A DNA stretch of 64,000 nucleotides from Mustelus asterias (Eukaryota): the NCBI RefSeq assembly GCF_964213995.1, contig NC_135825.1:31186001-31250000 (forward strand), in the 5' to 3' direction. The notes under the pieces were generated by a model that searched no databases, was not told the origin of the DNA, and saw only the letters and a program-made list of their open reading frames with translations. Shown here in pieces: positions 1 through 12,310 of this stretch. How positions within the stretch are numbered: the stretch's first letter is position 1; every line of letters starts with the position of its first letter. The translations under genes were made by a program, and so were the position numbers.

Positions 1-245
1 TCCCAGATTAAGGCAGCAATGGCTCGTCCAATCAGCGAGGCCTGAATGTGTATATAATATGGAGCATCAGGGTTATGGGCACTCGGGGTTTATATACTCT
101 GTATGAGGAGGTACTTCTCTGAACATTCCTTACTATGTAAATAAATCTAAAGCTGGTGAAGGGAGAAGATATTTCATAAAGAATGTGTTCTTTGTTCATT
201 TCTGCGATAGGAGGTGGACTCTGAACTCTATTTTGTACTGTTACA
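1..245 (+). mobile_element. Partial solo LTR (3' part)
   Basis: Ordered CCAAT, TATATAA and AATAAA, ending ...gttaca. Shares tgtaaataaa-N-ggtgaaggga with the LTR-like unit at 25190-25390. Confidence 0.45.
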
Positions 246-604
246 GCACACTGGACAATGTAATACTCTACTTGCTTTCCTTTGAATATTTACAGAAGCA
301 ATTTGAAATGTTCTGTGGTAGGTGATGAGGCACAGTTTGAAAATAGCTTCATCTCCATTTTGTAGTCTACATTAAACCTTGGGCAGGAACCGGATCCAGA
401 GACCTGGCTCAACACAGCAGCTGGGTTTTGAATTGAGACATTCTGCAAGCAATGAAAAGAGCTGAAAATGTCCAATTTCCCCGTCAGTGTCTCACATATC
501 CACTGCTGGTGGAGGAGTAAAGGGGCCGCTCAGAACATACTGGGAGGGCCGTTAGATTTCAAATTGCTTTTGCAATTATTCAAAGGGAAAGTAGTAGAGC
601 GTTC

Positions 605-720
605 CATAGAATCCGTAGAATCCCTCCAGTGCAGAAGGAGGCCATTTGGCCCATCGAGCCTGCACCGACCACAATCCCACCCATGCCCTATTCCCGTAAC
701 CCACATATTTACCCTGCTAA
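605..720 (-). mobile_element. HE1-type V-SINE, 3' fragment
   Basis: catagaatcc...cagtgcagaaggaggccatttggcccatcgag...acaatcccaccc, matching the other HE1 copies in the window. Confidence 0.8.
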
Positions 721-1138
721 TGCCCTGTTACATTGCCCAGTTTACTGTGTCAATACAAAGTAGAGTTCAGACTATAGAGTTCAGACTGCGGCTTCCTATG
801 GTTATATTGGCATGAGGAGCAGTACAGCAGCTACTGAGGGCTGTGACAACCTCAAAGCCCCTTTAACTTTCGGATGAATAAATTGGAATTCTCTTCATAA
901 TTTAACATTGTTTAAATTTTTTTTTAACCCTTTTTCCCATTAATTAACATTTTCTGTTCAGATGTTGGGATTGATCAGAATTCATTTTCTTCAGAATTTA
1001 AATCTTGCTTCACCTAACACATCTCCAGAGATAGCCTCACATTGCACCTGTAACAATAACATCCACCTTATTAGCAGCCACAAGTACTTTGTGCAAGAAC
1101 CATTCAAAGATAAACATAGGCCTCTTTGCCTCAGTTAT

Positions 1139-1266
1139 GGGCAGAATTTTCACGTCCCGCCTGTCACGGGAATTGTAGCAGGCGGGGGAGGACCTTTCAA
1201 ACCTGCAAAGTTGATCTCTGCCGGGAATTTCTGGCCTTGGGGCAAGCGTGGCTGGAAAATCCCACC
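1139..1266. mobile_element. ~130 bp PIF/Harbinger-like MITE
   Basis: Termini gggcagaatttt...aaaatcccacc. The internal sequence is shared with 27693-27818 and 47524-47651. Confidence 0.55.
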
Positions 1267-1300
1267 TGTGGCGATGGTGTTCTCTGTGCCACACTGACAT

Positions 1301-2037
1301 GGGGCTGGGTTTTACATGGGTGCTGCAGTCCCAATTACTCCCCTGCACTCCCCCACCCCCACCCTCCACCCTCCCCCACCCCTTTTGGCTAAAAGGTCAG
1401 AGAATCAACAATTTAACACTGGGAGCAGGGTTAATTGCTTTAAGGCAAGACGTCCGCCCCTACCTGAGGAGTAATCTCACTTTAGAAAGCAGCCAGTTGA
1501 TGGGATGACCAGCAGTTCTGTAGTCCCAGCAACACCAGCAGACTGAGGCCACTGATGAAACTAGAGGTAGTCCCACCATGTCAAAGAGCCTAGTTAAGTC
1601 TGAGGTTGGGGTTCTCAGTGAGAAGGGGTATTGATTGAGTTCAAGTGGTTGGAGGGGGGTGGGGAGGGAGTTTCTAAGGGGGGGTGACTTTGAGGGGGGG
1701 GGGAGATGCCTCAAATGGGCCCTGGGACCCCCAAAGCAAGTTCCTTCCTTGCGTGAACCCAGTTCGCACATTTAAAACTGTCAGACTTCCTGCATGGCGT
1801 GGGCCTCATCCCAGCCAGGGTCAAATACTGGCAGTGGTAGAATGAGGCCAGTATTTGGCTACTTGAGGGCTTTTATAGACCCAAGGGTGGTTGGGCTGCC
1901 TGACGCCTTGGTCACCCTTTGTAAAATTTTAGGCAGATCAGGGACAGTGGGAAGGGGCAGAAAGGCCACCCACTAGATTTCACTTTCTCCCTTGCTGTCT
2001 TCGAACCCACTTGTGATGGAATGTAAAAACCATCCCC
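1301..2037. mobile_element. GC-rich non-autonomous DNA transposon (Harbinger-like TIRs)
   Basis: TIRs ggggctgggttttacat / atgtaaaaccatcccc. Confidence 0.55.
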
Positions 2038-2561
2038 ATGTGTCTCTGGGAATGAATTTTATCAGGTAAAGCAATGGGGATGTGTAATTCTGATGTGGAG
2101 ATGCCGGCATTGGACTGGGGTAAGCACAGTAAGAAGTCTCACAACACCAGGTTAAAGTCCAATAGGATTATTTGGCACTAGCTTTCGGAGTCTCAGGCTC
2201 CTTCATCAGGTGAGTGAGGACTTGTGATCACAAACAGGTCATGTACAGACACAAACTGAATTTACAAGATAATGGTTGGAATGCGAGTCTTTACAGGTAA
2301 TCAAGCCTTAAAGGTACAGACAATGTGAGTGGAGAGAGGGCCAAGCACAGGTTAAAGAGGTGTGTATTGTCTCCAACCAGGACAGTGCCACAGCGAAAAA
2401 ATGCACTCGACTTATCGATCGACAGTTCCGACGTGCCACAGTGAAAAACTGCACCAACCCCCTCAGAAGACAAACACGGGACATGGCGGACAGAGTGCCC
2501 TTCGTCGTCTAGTACTTCCCCGGAGCAGAGAAGCTATGACATCTTCTCCGGAACCTTCAAC

Positions 2562-3128
2562 ATGTCATCGATGAAGACGAACATCTCGCAAGGCCATCGC
2601 CACACCCCCACTCTTGCCTTCAAACAACCACGCAACCTCAGACAGACCATTGTCCGCAGCAAACTACCCAGCCTTCAGGAGAACAGTGACCACGACATCA
2701 CACAACCCTGTCACAGCAACCTCTGCAAGATGTGCTGGATCATCGACACGGATGCCATCATCTCATGTGAGAACACCATCCACCAGGTACACGGTACATA
2801 CTCTTGCGACTCGGCCAATGTTGTCTACCTGATACGTTGCAGGAAAGACTGTCCCGAGGTATGGTACATTGGGGAGACCATGCAGGCACTACGACAATGG
2901 ATGAATGAACACCACTTGACAACCACCAGGCAAGAGTGTTCCCTTCCAGTCGGGGAACACTTCAGCAGTCACAGGCATTCAGCCTCTGATCTTCAGGTAA
3001 GCGTTCTCCAAGGCGGCCTTCACGACACGCGACAACGCAGAATCGCTGAGCAGAAACTGATAGCCAAGTTCTGCACACATGAGGACAGCCTCAACCGGGA
3101 TCTTGGGTTCATGTCACACTATCTGTAA
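2562..3128 (+). pseudogene. PLE ORF C-terminus: Cys motif plus GIY-YIG endonuclease
   Basis: PCHSNLCKMC, NVVYLIRC...WYIGET, VGEHFSSHRHS, EQKLIAKF...LNRD. Upstream sequence is frameshifted. Confidence 0.88.
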
Positions 3129-3337
3129 CCCCCACGACTTGCCTGGGCTTGCAAAATCTCACTAACTGTCCTGACTGGAGACAATACACACCTCTTTAAC
3201 TTGAACTTGGCCCTCTCTCCATTCACATTGTCTGTACCTTTAAGACTTGATTACCTGTAAAGACTCGCATTCCAACCATTATCTTGTAAATTGAGTTTGT
3301 GTCTATATATGATCTGTTTGTGATCACAAGTCCTCAC

Positions 3338-3376
3338 TCACCTGATGAAGGAGCCTGAGATTCCGAAAGCTAGTGC
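3338..3376 (+). ncRNA. Minimal type-I hammerhead ribozyme motif in PLE pLTR (mirror copy on - strand at 2176-2212)
   Basis: cac CTGATGA aggag-cctgaga-(c/t)tcc GAAA gc TA gtg: conserved core, stem I cac/gtg, stem II, vestigial palindromic stem III (agct). Confidence 0.75.
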
Positions 3377-4207
3377 CAAATAAACCTATTGGACTTTAAC
3401 CTGGTGTTGTGAGACTTCTTACAATGTGTAATTCCTGTTACGCTTTTCGGAGGGTCTGAAACTTATGACTTGGACCTGGACTGTGAACCATTTTACTGTT
3501 TCAATTGAAAGCCTTTCCCTCCTCATTAATGTGCTGCTCTACTTTTTCTAACCCGGTCAGAGTAGCCACACTAACAACTTAGGTCAGTGATCAAAGGATG
3601 ACTCAGGTTATATACCAATGCGCAGCATACTAAAAGCATAACTGCAACTGGTGTCCTGTGTATAATCTCCTAAAATCATCACAGTGGAAGGCAGGTGGCT
3701 CCACCCAAAACCATAGGTTCTTTAATGTTACTTTAATTTAAAATAAATCTACAGGCTCAGTGAGTTCAATGATGACCTGTTAAAAGTGGTGTCCAGAGAA
3801 ATGTATAAATAATTGTGGATTATAATTTTACTTGACTATGCCTCTTTACAGCGTACTTAATGAGTTGTAATGCACTTTTGAGTAGGTCTGAGGTTATAAA
3901 AGGCTATATACAAATGCACATTTTTCCCTATCTTTATCTTCACCTTGTTTTACCCTCTGAGCTTTTGCTATCCTCCAAATAAAATACTAATCTTTACCAA
4001 TTTTCTTGGATTTACGTGGTGTTTGATTTTGGTTTTTTTTAATGCTTAATGGGAACCTTAATAGATTTCAAGAAGAAAGTAGACCGGTTTGTGTTAACAA
4101 ATTGGATTCAGGGTTTTAGAGATTCACCAAAATAGATAGACAGTGGAGAAGATAAAGTGCCAGTCTTCTCCTGTCTGAAGCAGTCACTATTTCAATCATG
4201 TTCAACT

Positions 4208-4473
4208 AAGATGGCACCAGAGCGAGGTGACTTCTTGCGAGCTGTCTAATTCTATCTTTTACTCTCATTCTATGCTTTTGAAACTCATAACTCTTTCAAA
4301 CTCTCTAACAATGCTACCTTATATTAAGTTTCTCTACACCCTAGCTATAACTGTAACACAACATTTTGCACCCTTTCCTTTCCTTCTCTATGAATGGTAT
4401 GCTTTGTATAGCGCACAAGAAACAATACTTTTCATTGTATACAAATACAAGTGACAATAATAACAAATCAAAT
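4208..4473 (+). mobile_element. Short Rex1/Babar-like non-autonomous element
   Basis: 5' aagatggcaccagagcg start joined to a 3' UTR ending gtgacaataataacaaatcaaat. The same 3' UTR occurs on the Rex1 remnant at 51909-52630. Confidence 0.55.
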
Positions 4474-4882
4474 ATTTTATTAAATTAGAAGTTTACAAAT
4501 CCCTCAGGCTTTTAAATCAACAATAAGAAACAATTTGAATGGTTCTCACTCTCTTTAGTAGCCTGAACAAAAACAACTTATGGCCATTTAAAGATTGTGG
4601 CGTTAAGTTCATTTTACGACTGAACGATTCAAAATAATTTACCACTCTGATTGATGTGTGTTTGCAGTTTTGAATTCTTGCAACTTTTGTAGTTACAACT
4701 ATTATTATAGATCACTTTTCCACAGACAGAACTGGTCAAAATGAAAATGAGACAAATGGCAAATCAACAATTGACTGTAAGGATAGACTTTTGCATGCTT
4801 AACTGGAAAACAGTCCAGAGGACTTGAAATTTCTGACTTGTGAAACAAGAAAATCGTCCACCACAACACAGAAAAGGTAGAC

Positions 4883-6392
4883 AGCAAAAATAGAAAATGC
4901 TGGAAAGTCTCAGCAGGTCTGACAGCATATGTTGAGAGAAAATAGAGCTAACATTTCCAGTCAGGATGACCCTTTGTCAGAGCTGAAGTCAAGGAAAATA
5001 GAACAAAATTTATACTGTGAGGACGAGGGGGGCTGTAAATGATAGGGATGCCATAGACAAAAAGACAAAGGGATTGTAAATGGTGATGATGAAGGCTAGG
5101 AATGGTGCTAAGAGTGTAAATTAAGAGATTGGAATGTGTAAATGGCAGAACAAAGGTGCAGAGTGTAGGAATGTGGCAGGTATCCCTAGTGGGATGGGGG
5201 GAAGGGGGGAACAAAATGGAAAGTAAGATTTTATAAATAAAAGTAAAAGTAAAAATAAGAATATAAAGTAATAAAAATGGATTGATAAGATGAAAAGAAG
5301 AAAGGAAATAAAATAAATAGAAATGGAGTGTGGGTGTGGAGTAGAGAATTCATGCTCTGAAGTGGTTGAACTCAATGTTCAGTCCAGAAGGTTGTAAAGT
5401 GCCAAATCGGAAGATGAGGTGTTGTTCCTTTGGTTTACGTTGGGCTTCACTGGAACATTGCAAAAGGCCAAGGATGGACATGTGGACGGCAGAGCAGAGT
5501 GGTGTGTTGAAATGGCAAGCGACAGGAAGGTTTGAGTCTTGCTTGCGGACAGACCAAAGCTGTTCTGCAAAGTGGTCACCCAGTCTGCGTCTGGTCTCTC
5601 TGATGTAGAGTAGATCGAATGCAATAGTCAGGTTAAAGGAGGTGCACATGAAACGCTGCTTCACCTGAAAAGAGTGTTTGGGCCCTGGGATGGTGAGCAG
5701 GGAGGAGGTAAAGAGGCAGGTGTTGCACCTTCTGCGATTGCGTGGGAAGATGCCATTGGCGGTGGGTGAGGTGTTGGGTGGACCAGAGTGGCCCGGAGGG
5801 AATGATCCCTGCAGAATGCTGACAGGGGGAGTGAGGGGAAGATGTATTGAGTGGTGGCATCATGCTGGAGTTGGTGGAAATGGCGGAGGTTGATCCTTTG
5901 AATGCGAAGGCTGGTGAGGTGAAAAGTGAAGACAAGAAGGACCCTATCCTGGTTCTGGGAGGGATGAGAGGGAATGAGAGCAGTGGCCTGAGAGATGAGT
6001 TAGACATGGCTGAGAGCCCTGTCAACCACAATGGGTGGAAAACCACGATTAAGAAGAAAGTAGGTGGTACTCTGCACCTTTGTTCTGCCATTTACACATT
6101 CTGATCGCTTAATGGATGCTCTTAGAACCATTCCTAGCCTTCATCATCATCAATTACATTCCCTTTGTCTTTTTGTCTATGCCATTCCTATCAATTACAG
6201 CACGCCACCCCCCTCCCCCCATTACCCTCACAGTATAACTTTTGTCCTATTTTCCTTGTCTTCAGCTCTGACAGTGTCATCCTGATTGAAGCATTGGCTC
6301 TGCGCTCTCCACAGATACTGTCAGACCTGCTGAGATTTTTCACCATTTTCTGTTTTTGTTTCAAATTCCAGCATCCACCATAATTTGCTTTT
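4883..6392 (-). mobile_element. Second-family Penelope-like element, decayed, with inverted pLTRs
   Basis: GIY-YIG remnant LLYIRETRRRLGDHFAEQL...PVACHFN...EQHLIFRFGTLQPSGLN (5350-5664). 4885-5170 is inverted at 6065-6360. Confidence 0.85.
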
Positions 6393-6682
6393 ATATTATC
6401 AGAAAATATAGATCTAGTCTGAAACTAGATACACTCGAATTTCAGAAGAGAAATATTGAACTTCTTGCCTCAGCAATTATTTTTATCTGGAGAATAACAC
6501 AGTCCAATAATTATCAAATGCTTTTCTACGACAGATGGACAAAAACAGATATAAAATGTATCTATGAAATAACATGAATGTTCAGTCATAATATTATTTC
6601 ATTTCATGGGGGAATTATGATAAATTTGCAATATTCTAAAGGGGCAGCAATAATCAGGAAATAAAGTTATACAGCTCTGTTT

Positions 6683-6885
6683 AAAAGCAAATTATTGAAG
6701 ATATTGGAATCTGAAACCAAAAGAGAAAATGCTGGAAAATCTCAGCAGGTCTGGCAGCATCTGTAAGGAAAGAAAAGAGTTTCGAGTCCACATTATCATT
6801 TATCTGGACTCAAAATGTCAGCTCTTTTCTCTCCTTACAGATGCTGCAGGACCTGCTGAGATTTTCCAGCATTTTCTCTTTTGGA
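6683..6885. mobile_element. Fold-back mini-element made of PLE family-2 ends
   Basis: aaaagagaaaatgctggaaaatctcagcagg...cctgctgagattttccagcattttctctttt inverted arms, the same termini as 4883-6392. Confidence 0.75.
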
Positions 6886-7760
6886 TAGAGCTCTGTTTGT
6901 TTATTTCTTTAAGGCACAAGGTTAGGGCATGTCAAATTTATTTTATGTTGTTGGAGTGTGAAGTTATTGTTAAACAAAATATTTATGGGTCTTCTGGTTC
7001 AGCTTCCCGAACAAAAATTTGTTGTCAAGTACTTTGTCATGATATCCAATGGATAAATACACCTCCCAGTCTGGCAGTGAAGATTCCAGATGCGGATTTA
7101 AACAATAATTTAATTCCAGTTCTGCGTTTGAGTTAGCTGATAGAAGCAAGACTGCACTGGGAGTGGCACTGGGAAGGGAGAGGCAAATTATGCCTGTTAA
7201 ATAGTTGTAAAGTGGATCTGTGGCTGTTGCATGAGGATGGATTAAGGCCTGAAATGCCTTCCATTAATGAAATACATGTGGTGACACTCACACTCTTGGC
7301 TCACAGGTGAAGCTTGACTCCCTGAGACAAGGTACCTGAGGAATCTGAAACTCAATCCCAGCATGATTTAGTGCCAACATGAAAGGAGGAGGGAACAGGC
7401 GAGGACATTGCATGGAGTGGGGTAGGGGAAGAGGAGCAATGAGGAAAAAACTGTTCTAATGCTAGAAGTCACCACAAAATGGATTGTGTATCTAGTACAC
7501 ACGCCTAAAGGCTTTAACTGAGGATTGATCTAAGTGGTCTTTGCAGCTATGTAAAACTGGCAAGCTATGGACGCCAATGCAGCTTGTCAGTTGTAACCCG
7601 AGATATTCAGCCTGCCTAGAGATCAGTCCTGGATGGGGCATAAGGGAAAATTGGAAGGGGGCAATCTGGGGTCAGGAGTGGTTCCTTCTCTCCATATAAC
7701 TGTTTAAACTAAAGACACGTTCAATTGTTCTTCTGTCGATAGTGTCCATTAATCTCTGTA

Positions 7761-7961
7761 AGATGTGCGGGTTAGGTTGATTGGTCATGCTAAAATTGCC
7801 CCTTAGTGTCCTGGGATGCGTAGGTTAGAGGGATTAGTGGGTAAAATATGTCGGGATATGGGGGTAGGGCCTGGGTGGGATTGTAGTCGGTGCAGACTTG
7901 ATGGGCCGAATGGCCTCTTTCTGTACTGTAGGGTTTCTATGATTTCTATGATTTTCTATGA
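7761..7961 (+). mobile_element. HE1 SINE, 3' half
   Basis: V-domain gttaggttgattggtcatgctaaaattgcccctt and a (tttctatga)n tail. Confidence 0.85.
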
Positions 7962-8459
7962 ACTGCTGGTTAGCCTGCTGTAGTGCTGGTAAAAGTACGT
8001 AGAGCCTACATGGTGCACACTTTGTCCAGCTTATGCTGAATTTAGCAGTCGAATCCCACCACTGGTTTTGGGCTCCTGATTACCAGGATACTCATTTTGT
8101 ACCCACTCAAAATGGGTACGACAGTATTTAACTACCTTCCTGTTCCTGTCACTCCATCCTTGATGATTATCGCAACACAATTAGAAACCTGACACACAAT
8201 AGCACATACAAATGATTCTTGGTTTTTGTTGCATCACAACTTCTTGCTTCAGAATCAATAGATTTATTTTGGGAAGAAGTTACTCATGTTAAAATAGATA
8301 AAGAAAGATCCCTACATAGATCAAAGACGAAGAAAGAAATTGCATTTGTGTAGCAGCTTTTCTGATCTTGGCACACCCCAAAACAGTTTAGAAGCAATTA
8401 GGTACTTTTGAAGTGTAGTCACTGCGGTAATGCAGGAGGGGTGACAACCGACATGTGCA

Positions 8460-10735
8460 CAGCAAAGGGCTCGCAAACAGCAAGGGACCTGCAAACAGCA
8501 ATGGACCCGCAAGCAGCAAGGGACCCGCAAGCAGCAAGGGACCCGCAAACAGCAAGGGATCCGCAAACAGCAAGGGACCCGCAAACAGCAATGGACCCGC
8601 AAACAGCAATGGACCCGCAAGCAGCAAGGGACCCGCAAACAGCAAGGGATCCGCAAACAGCAATGGACCCGCAAACAGCAATGGACCCGCAAACAGCAAT
8701 GGACCCGCAAGCAGCAAGGGACCCGCAAACAGCAATGGACCCGCAAGCAGCAAGGGACCCGCAAACAGCAATGGACTCGCAAGCAGCAAGGGACCTGCAA
8801 ACAGCAATGGACCCGCAAGCAGCAAGGGACCTGCAAGCAGCAAGGGACCCGCAAACAGCAATGGACCCGCAAGCAGCAAGGGACCCGCAAACAGCAATGG
8901 ACCCGCAAGTAGCAAGGGACCCGCAAGTAGCAAGGGACCTGCAAGCAGCAAGGGACCTGCAAGCAGCAAGGGACCTGCAAACAGCAATGGACCCGCAAGC
9001 AGCAAGGGACCTGCAAGCAGCAAGGGACCCGCAAACAGCAATGGACCCGCAAGCAGCAAGGGACCCGCAAGTAGCAAGGGACCTGCAAGCAGCAAGGGAC
9101 CCGCAAGCAGCAAGGGACCTGCAAGCAGCAAGGGACCCACAAGCAGCAATGGACCCGCAAGTAGCAAGGGACCTGCAAGCAGCAAGGGACCCGCAAGTAG
9201 CAAGGGACCTGCAAGCAGCAATGGACCCGCAAGCAGCAAGGGACCCACAAGCAGCAATGGACCCGCAAGTAGCAAGGGACCTGCAAGCAGCAATGGACCC
9301 GCAAGTAGCAAGGGACCTGCAAGCAGCAAAGGGCTCGCAAACAGCAAGGGACCTGCAAACAGCAATGGACCCGCAAGCAGCAAGGGACCCGCAAGCAGCA
9401 AGGGACCCGCAAACAGCAAGGGATCCGCAAACAGCAAGGGACCCGCAAACAGCAATGGACCCGCAAACAGCAATGGACCCGCAAGCAGCAAGGGACCCGC
9501 AAACAGCAAGGGATCCGCAAACAGCAATGGACCCGCAAACAGCAATGGACCCGCAAACAGCAATGGACCCGCAAGCAGCAAGGGACCCGCAAACAGCAAT
9601 GGACCCGCAAGCAGCAAGGGACCCGCAAACAGCAATGGACTCGCAAGCAGCAAGGGACCTGCAAACAGCAATGGACCCGCAAGCAGCAAGGGACCTGCAA
9701 GCAGCAAGGGACCCGCAAACAGCAATGGACCCGCAAGCAGCAAGGGACCCGCAAACAGCAATGGACCCGCAAGTAGCAAGGGACCCGCAAGTAGCAAGGG
9801 ACCTGCAAGCAGCAAGGGACCTGCAAGCAGCAAGGGACCTGCAAACAGCAATGGACCCGCAAGCAGCAAGGGACCTGCAAGCAGCAAGGGACCCGCAAAC
9901 AGCAATGGACCCGCAAGCAGCAAGGGACCCGCAAGTAGCAAGGGACCTGCAAGCAGCAAGGGACCCGCAAGCAGCAAGGGACCTGCAAGCAGCAAGGGAC
10001 CCACAAGCAGCAATGGACCCGCAAGTAGCAAGGGACCTGCAAGCAGCAAGGGACCCGCAAGTAGCAAGGGACCTGCAAGCAGCAAGGGACCCGCAAGCAG
10101 CAAGGGACCCACAAGCAGCAATGGACCCGCAAGTAGCAAGGGACCTGCAAGCAGCAATGGACCCGCAAGTAGCAAGGGACCTGCAAGCAGCAAGGGACCC
10201 GCAAGTAGCAAGGGACCTGCAAGCAGCAAGGGACCTGCAAACAGCAAGGGACCCGCAAGCAGCAAGGGACCTGCAAGCAGCAAGGGACCCGCAAGTAGCA
10301 AGGTACCTGCAAGCAGCAAGGGACCCGCAAGCAGCAAGGGACCTGCAAGCAGCAAGGGACCTGCAAGCAGCAAGGGACCCACAAGTAGCAAGGGACCCGC
10401 AAGGAGCAAGGGACCTGCAAGCAGCAAGGGACCTGCAAGCAGCAAGGGACCCACAAGTAGCAAGGGACCCGCAAGCAGCAAGGGACCCGCAAGTAGCAAG
10501 GGACCTGCAAGCAGCAAGGGACCTGCAAGCAGCAAGGGACCTGCAAGCAGCAAGGGACCCGCAAGCAGCAAGGGACCCGCAAGCAGCAAGGGACCCGCAA
10601 ACAGCAATGGACCTGCAAACAGCAAGGGACCCGCAAACAGCAAGAGGGACCCGCAAGCAGCAAGGGATCTGCAAACAGCAAGGGACCTGCAAGCAGCAAG
10701 GGACCCGCAAGCAGCAAGGGACCCGCAAGCAGCAA
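8460..10735. repeat. 18-bp minisatellite (cagcaa[g/t]ggacc[c/t]gcaa[a/g]), about 126 units, with an 864-bp higher-order duplication
   Basis: Directly visible. The rare variant agcaaagggctcgc occurs at 8461 and 9325, and the variant order that follows is repeated. Confidence 0.97.
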
Positions 10736-10892
10736 GTTGATTATGACAGATAATTTATTTTAGTGAAGTTGGTGGAGGAATAAATTTGCCAGGACGCTCA
10801 GAAGAATTCCCCTGTTCTTCTCCTAATTAGTGCCATGGGATCATTTACATCCATCTGAGAGGGCTGCTGGGACCTTGGATTAACATCGGAAA

Positions 10893-11088
10893 CAGTAAGA
10901 AGTCTCACTACACCAGGTTAAAGTTCAACAGGCTTATTTGGAATCACAAGCTTTCAGGAGTGACTCACCTGATGAAGGAGCAGCGCTCCGAAATCTCCTG
11001 ATTCCAAATAAATCTCTTGGACTTTAACCTGGTGTTGTGAGACTTCTTACTGTGCCCAGCCCAGTCCAACGCTGGCATCTCCACCTCA
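10893..11088. mobile_element. PLE family-1 fold-back mini-element with decayed hammerhead
   Basis: Inverted arms, CTGATGA...GAAA at 10969-10993, 12-bp TSD taacatc(g/a)gaaa at 10881-10892 and 11089-11100. Confidence 0.85.
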
Positions 11089-12164
11089 TAACATCAGAAA
11101 GACTGCACTTTCGACCATCACAGTGCTCCTTCAGTTTTGCATTGAGGTGCTTAAATTGTGTGTTCAAATCGCTGGAAGGAGATCAACTTTTTGACTCAGA
11201 GACTGCCATCGAGCCGCAGTTAACAACCTGCCTTTATCAGTATTGCTGCAGTAGAGCACCCTAATTATCAATCTTGAACTATAAATAACCTCTACATACC
11301 AAAGGCAAATGCTTCACATAAAAGAAAACATTAGCCACACTGTTTCATAAATCATCTCTGACATTCACACAGAGGCAAAGCACCCTGGTATTACCATGTG
11401 TTTTCCATTGTTTGAATTGTTGCTAAGGAAGGAAAAATAACTTTTTAAAATAGTCTCACAATTTAACAATGTCAGAATTCAGTCACAAAATGCCTGACAA
11501 CCCTGTTTTGATGAAAATCTCCCTAGACAATGTTTGCCCTGTTTATGTTTGTATTTCCATAATCCATAAAGTTTCTTTTTTGGTGCTTGACTGAGTCATG
11601 CACTGCTCATGATTTCTGATTCAGCGCAGACAGCTGCCCCTCACATTCCAGGCTTTCAAAAGTTTCCTGTTAGAGGATGTGGACCACAAAAAGCTAATCA
11701 TAACCTGTCAGTGAAATATACAGGAGGGACCACTGAGTCAGTACTTCGGAAACATAACATGCAGATTGACAGACTCTGTTAGCTTAATATGTGCAGGAGG
11801 ATCCATTTTTATAGTCATCTGAACAGTATTATTGCTGGAAAACATTCTACAAATATGGAGGAGGCTGAAAGAGAGCATTAAAAGCCAAGACCCCAGCCTT
11901 CGATCATAATCTGTGAAACAAAACGGTTCAATTTTTGGAGTGAATCACCCCAAGAAAAATTCCCCTGTCAGAATGATTTTATTCAGCAAAGAAACTGCAG
12001 AAAAGGCATTTTTCATGGACCTTGTGCCCGTGCATTAAATTAAAAAAGGTTCCTTTAAACTCATGTAATCTCATGCAAGCTGTCAGCTTCACCAATCTGG
12101 TTACAAAAAAAACGATCATGTCTATCGGCAAGAAATTTGCTTGTCACACAAAAAGAAATCACGT

Positions 12165-12310
12165 TTCACCTTGTGAATGTGGTGTCAGGAAGATCCCAGG
12201 TTCATTTGCAGGCCTGTGCTGAGTTTATTGACCTCAGCTTGGGTAGTATTAGAGGTGTTAACATTGGTCCTCCTATCTCTCAACTAGGAGGAAGCATCAA
12301 CCAGTGTTCC
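12165..12310 (+). mobile_element. Old tRNA-derived SINE remnant (related remnant near 7100-7380)
   Basis: B-box-like cccaggttcatt followed by tgtgctgagtttattgacctcagc. A similar tgagttagctga occurs at about 7130. Confidence 0.3.

Larger units (their letters stand above)
2091..3423 (+). mobile_element. 5'-truncated Penelope-like element with inverted pseudo-LTRs
   Basis: About 250-300 bp inverted repeats (2128-2385 vs ~3175-3422) flank a GIY-YIG ORF. 11-bp TSD atgtgtaattc at 2080-2090 and 3424-3434. Confidence 0.9.
8335..11225 (-). mobile_element. SacSINE1/Deu-type SINE interrupted by a minisatellite and a PLE mini-element
   Basis: 3' end ttgcatttgtgtagc...gaagtgtagtcactg at 8340-8425 resumes after the array as gacagataatttattttagtg...agtgccatgggatc. 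Collinear with 37720-38170. Confidence 0.7.

Noticed and set aside
8460-10735. CRISPR-like array
   Set aside because: There are no unique spacers, the units are contiguous tandem copies, the context is eukaryotic and there are no cas genes.
8321-10753. Five overlapping 750-800 aa ORFs (Cys-rich, LLLAGP, ARDPQA, SKGPAS repeats) resembling keratin-associated or antifreeze-type proteins
   Set aside because: An 18-bp stop-free unit keeps frames open on both strands. The array lies inside a SINE, has no splice or promoter context, and a 19-bp unit near 10643 shifts the frame.
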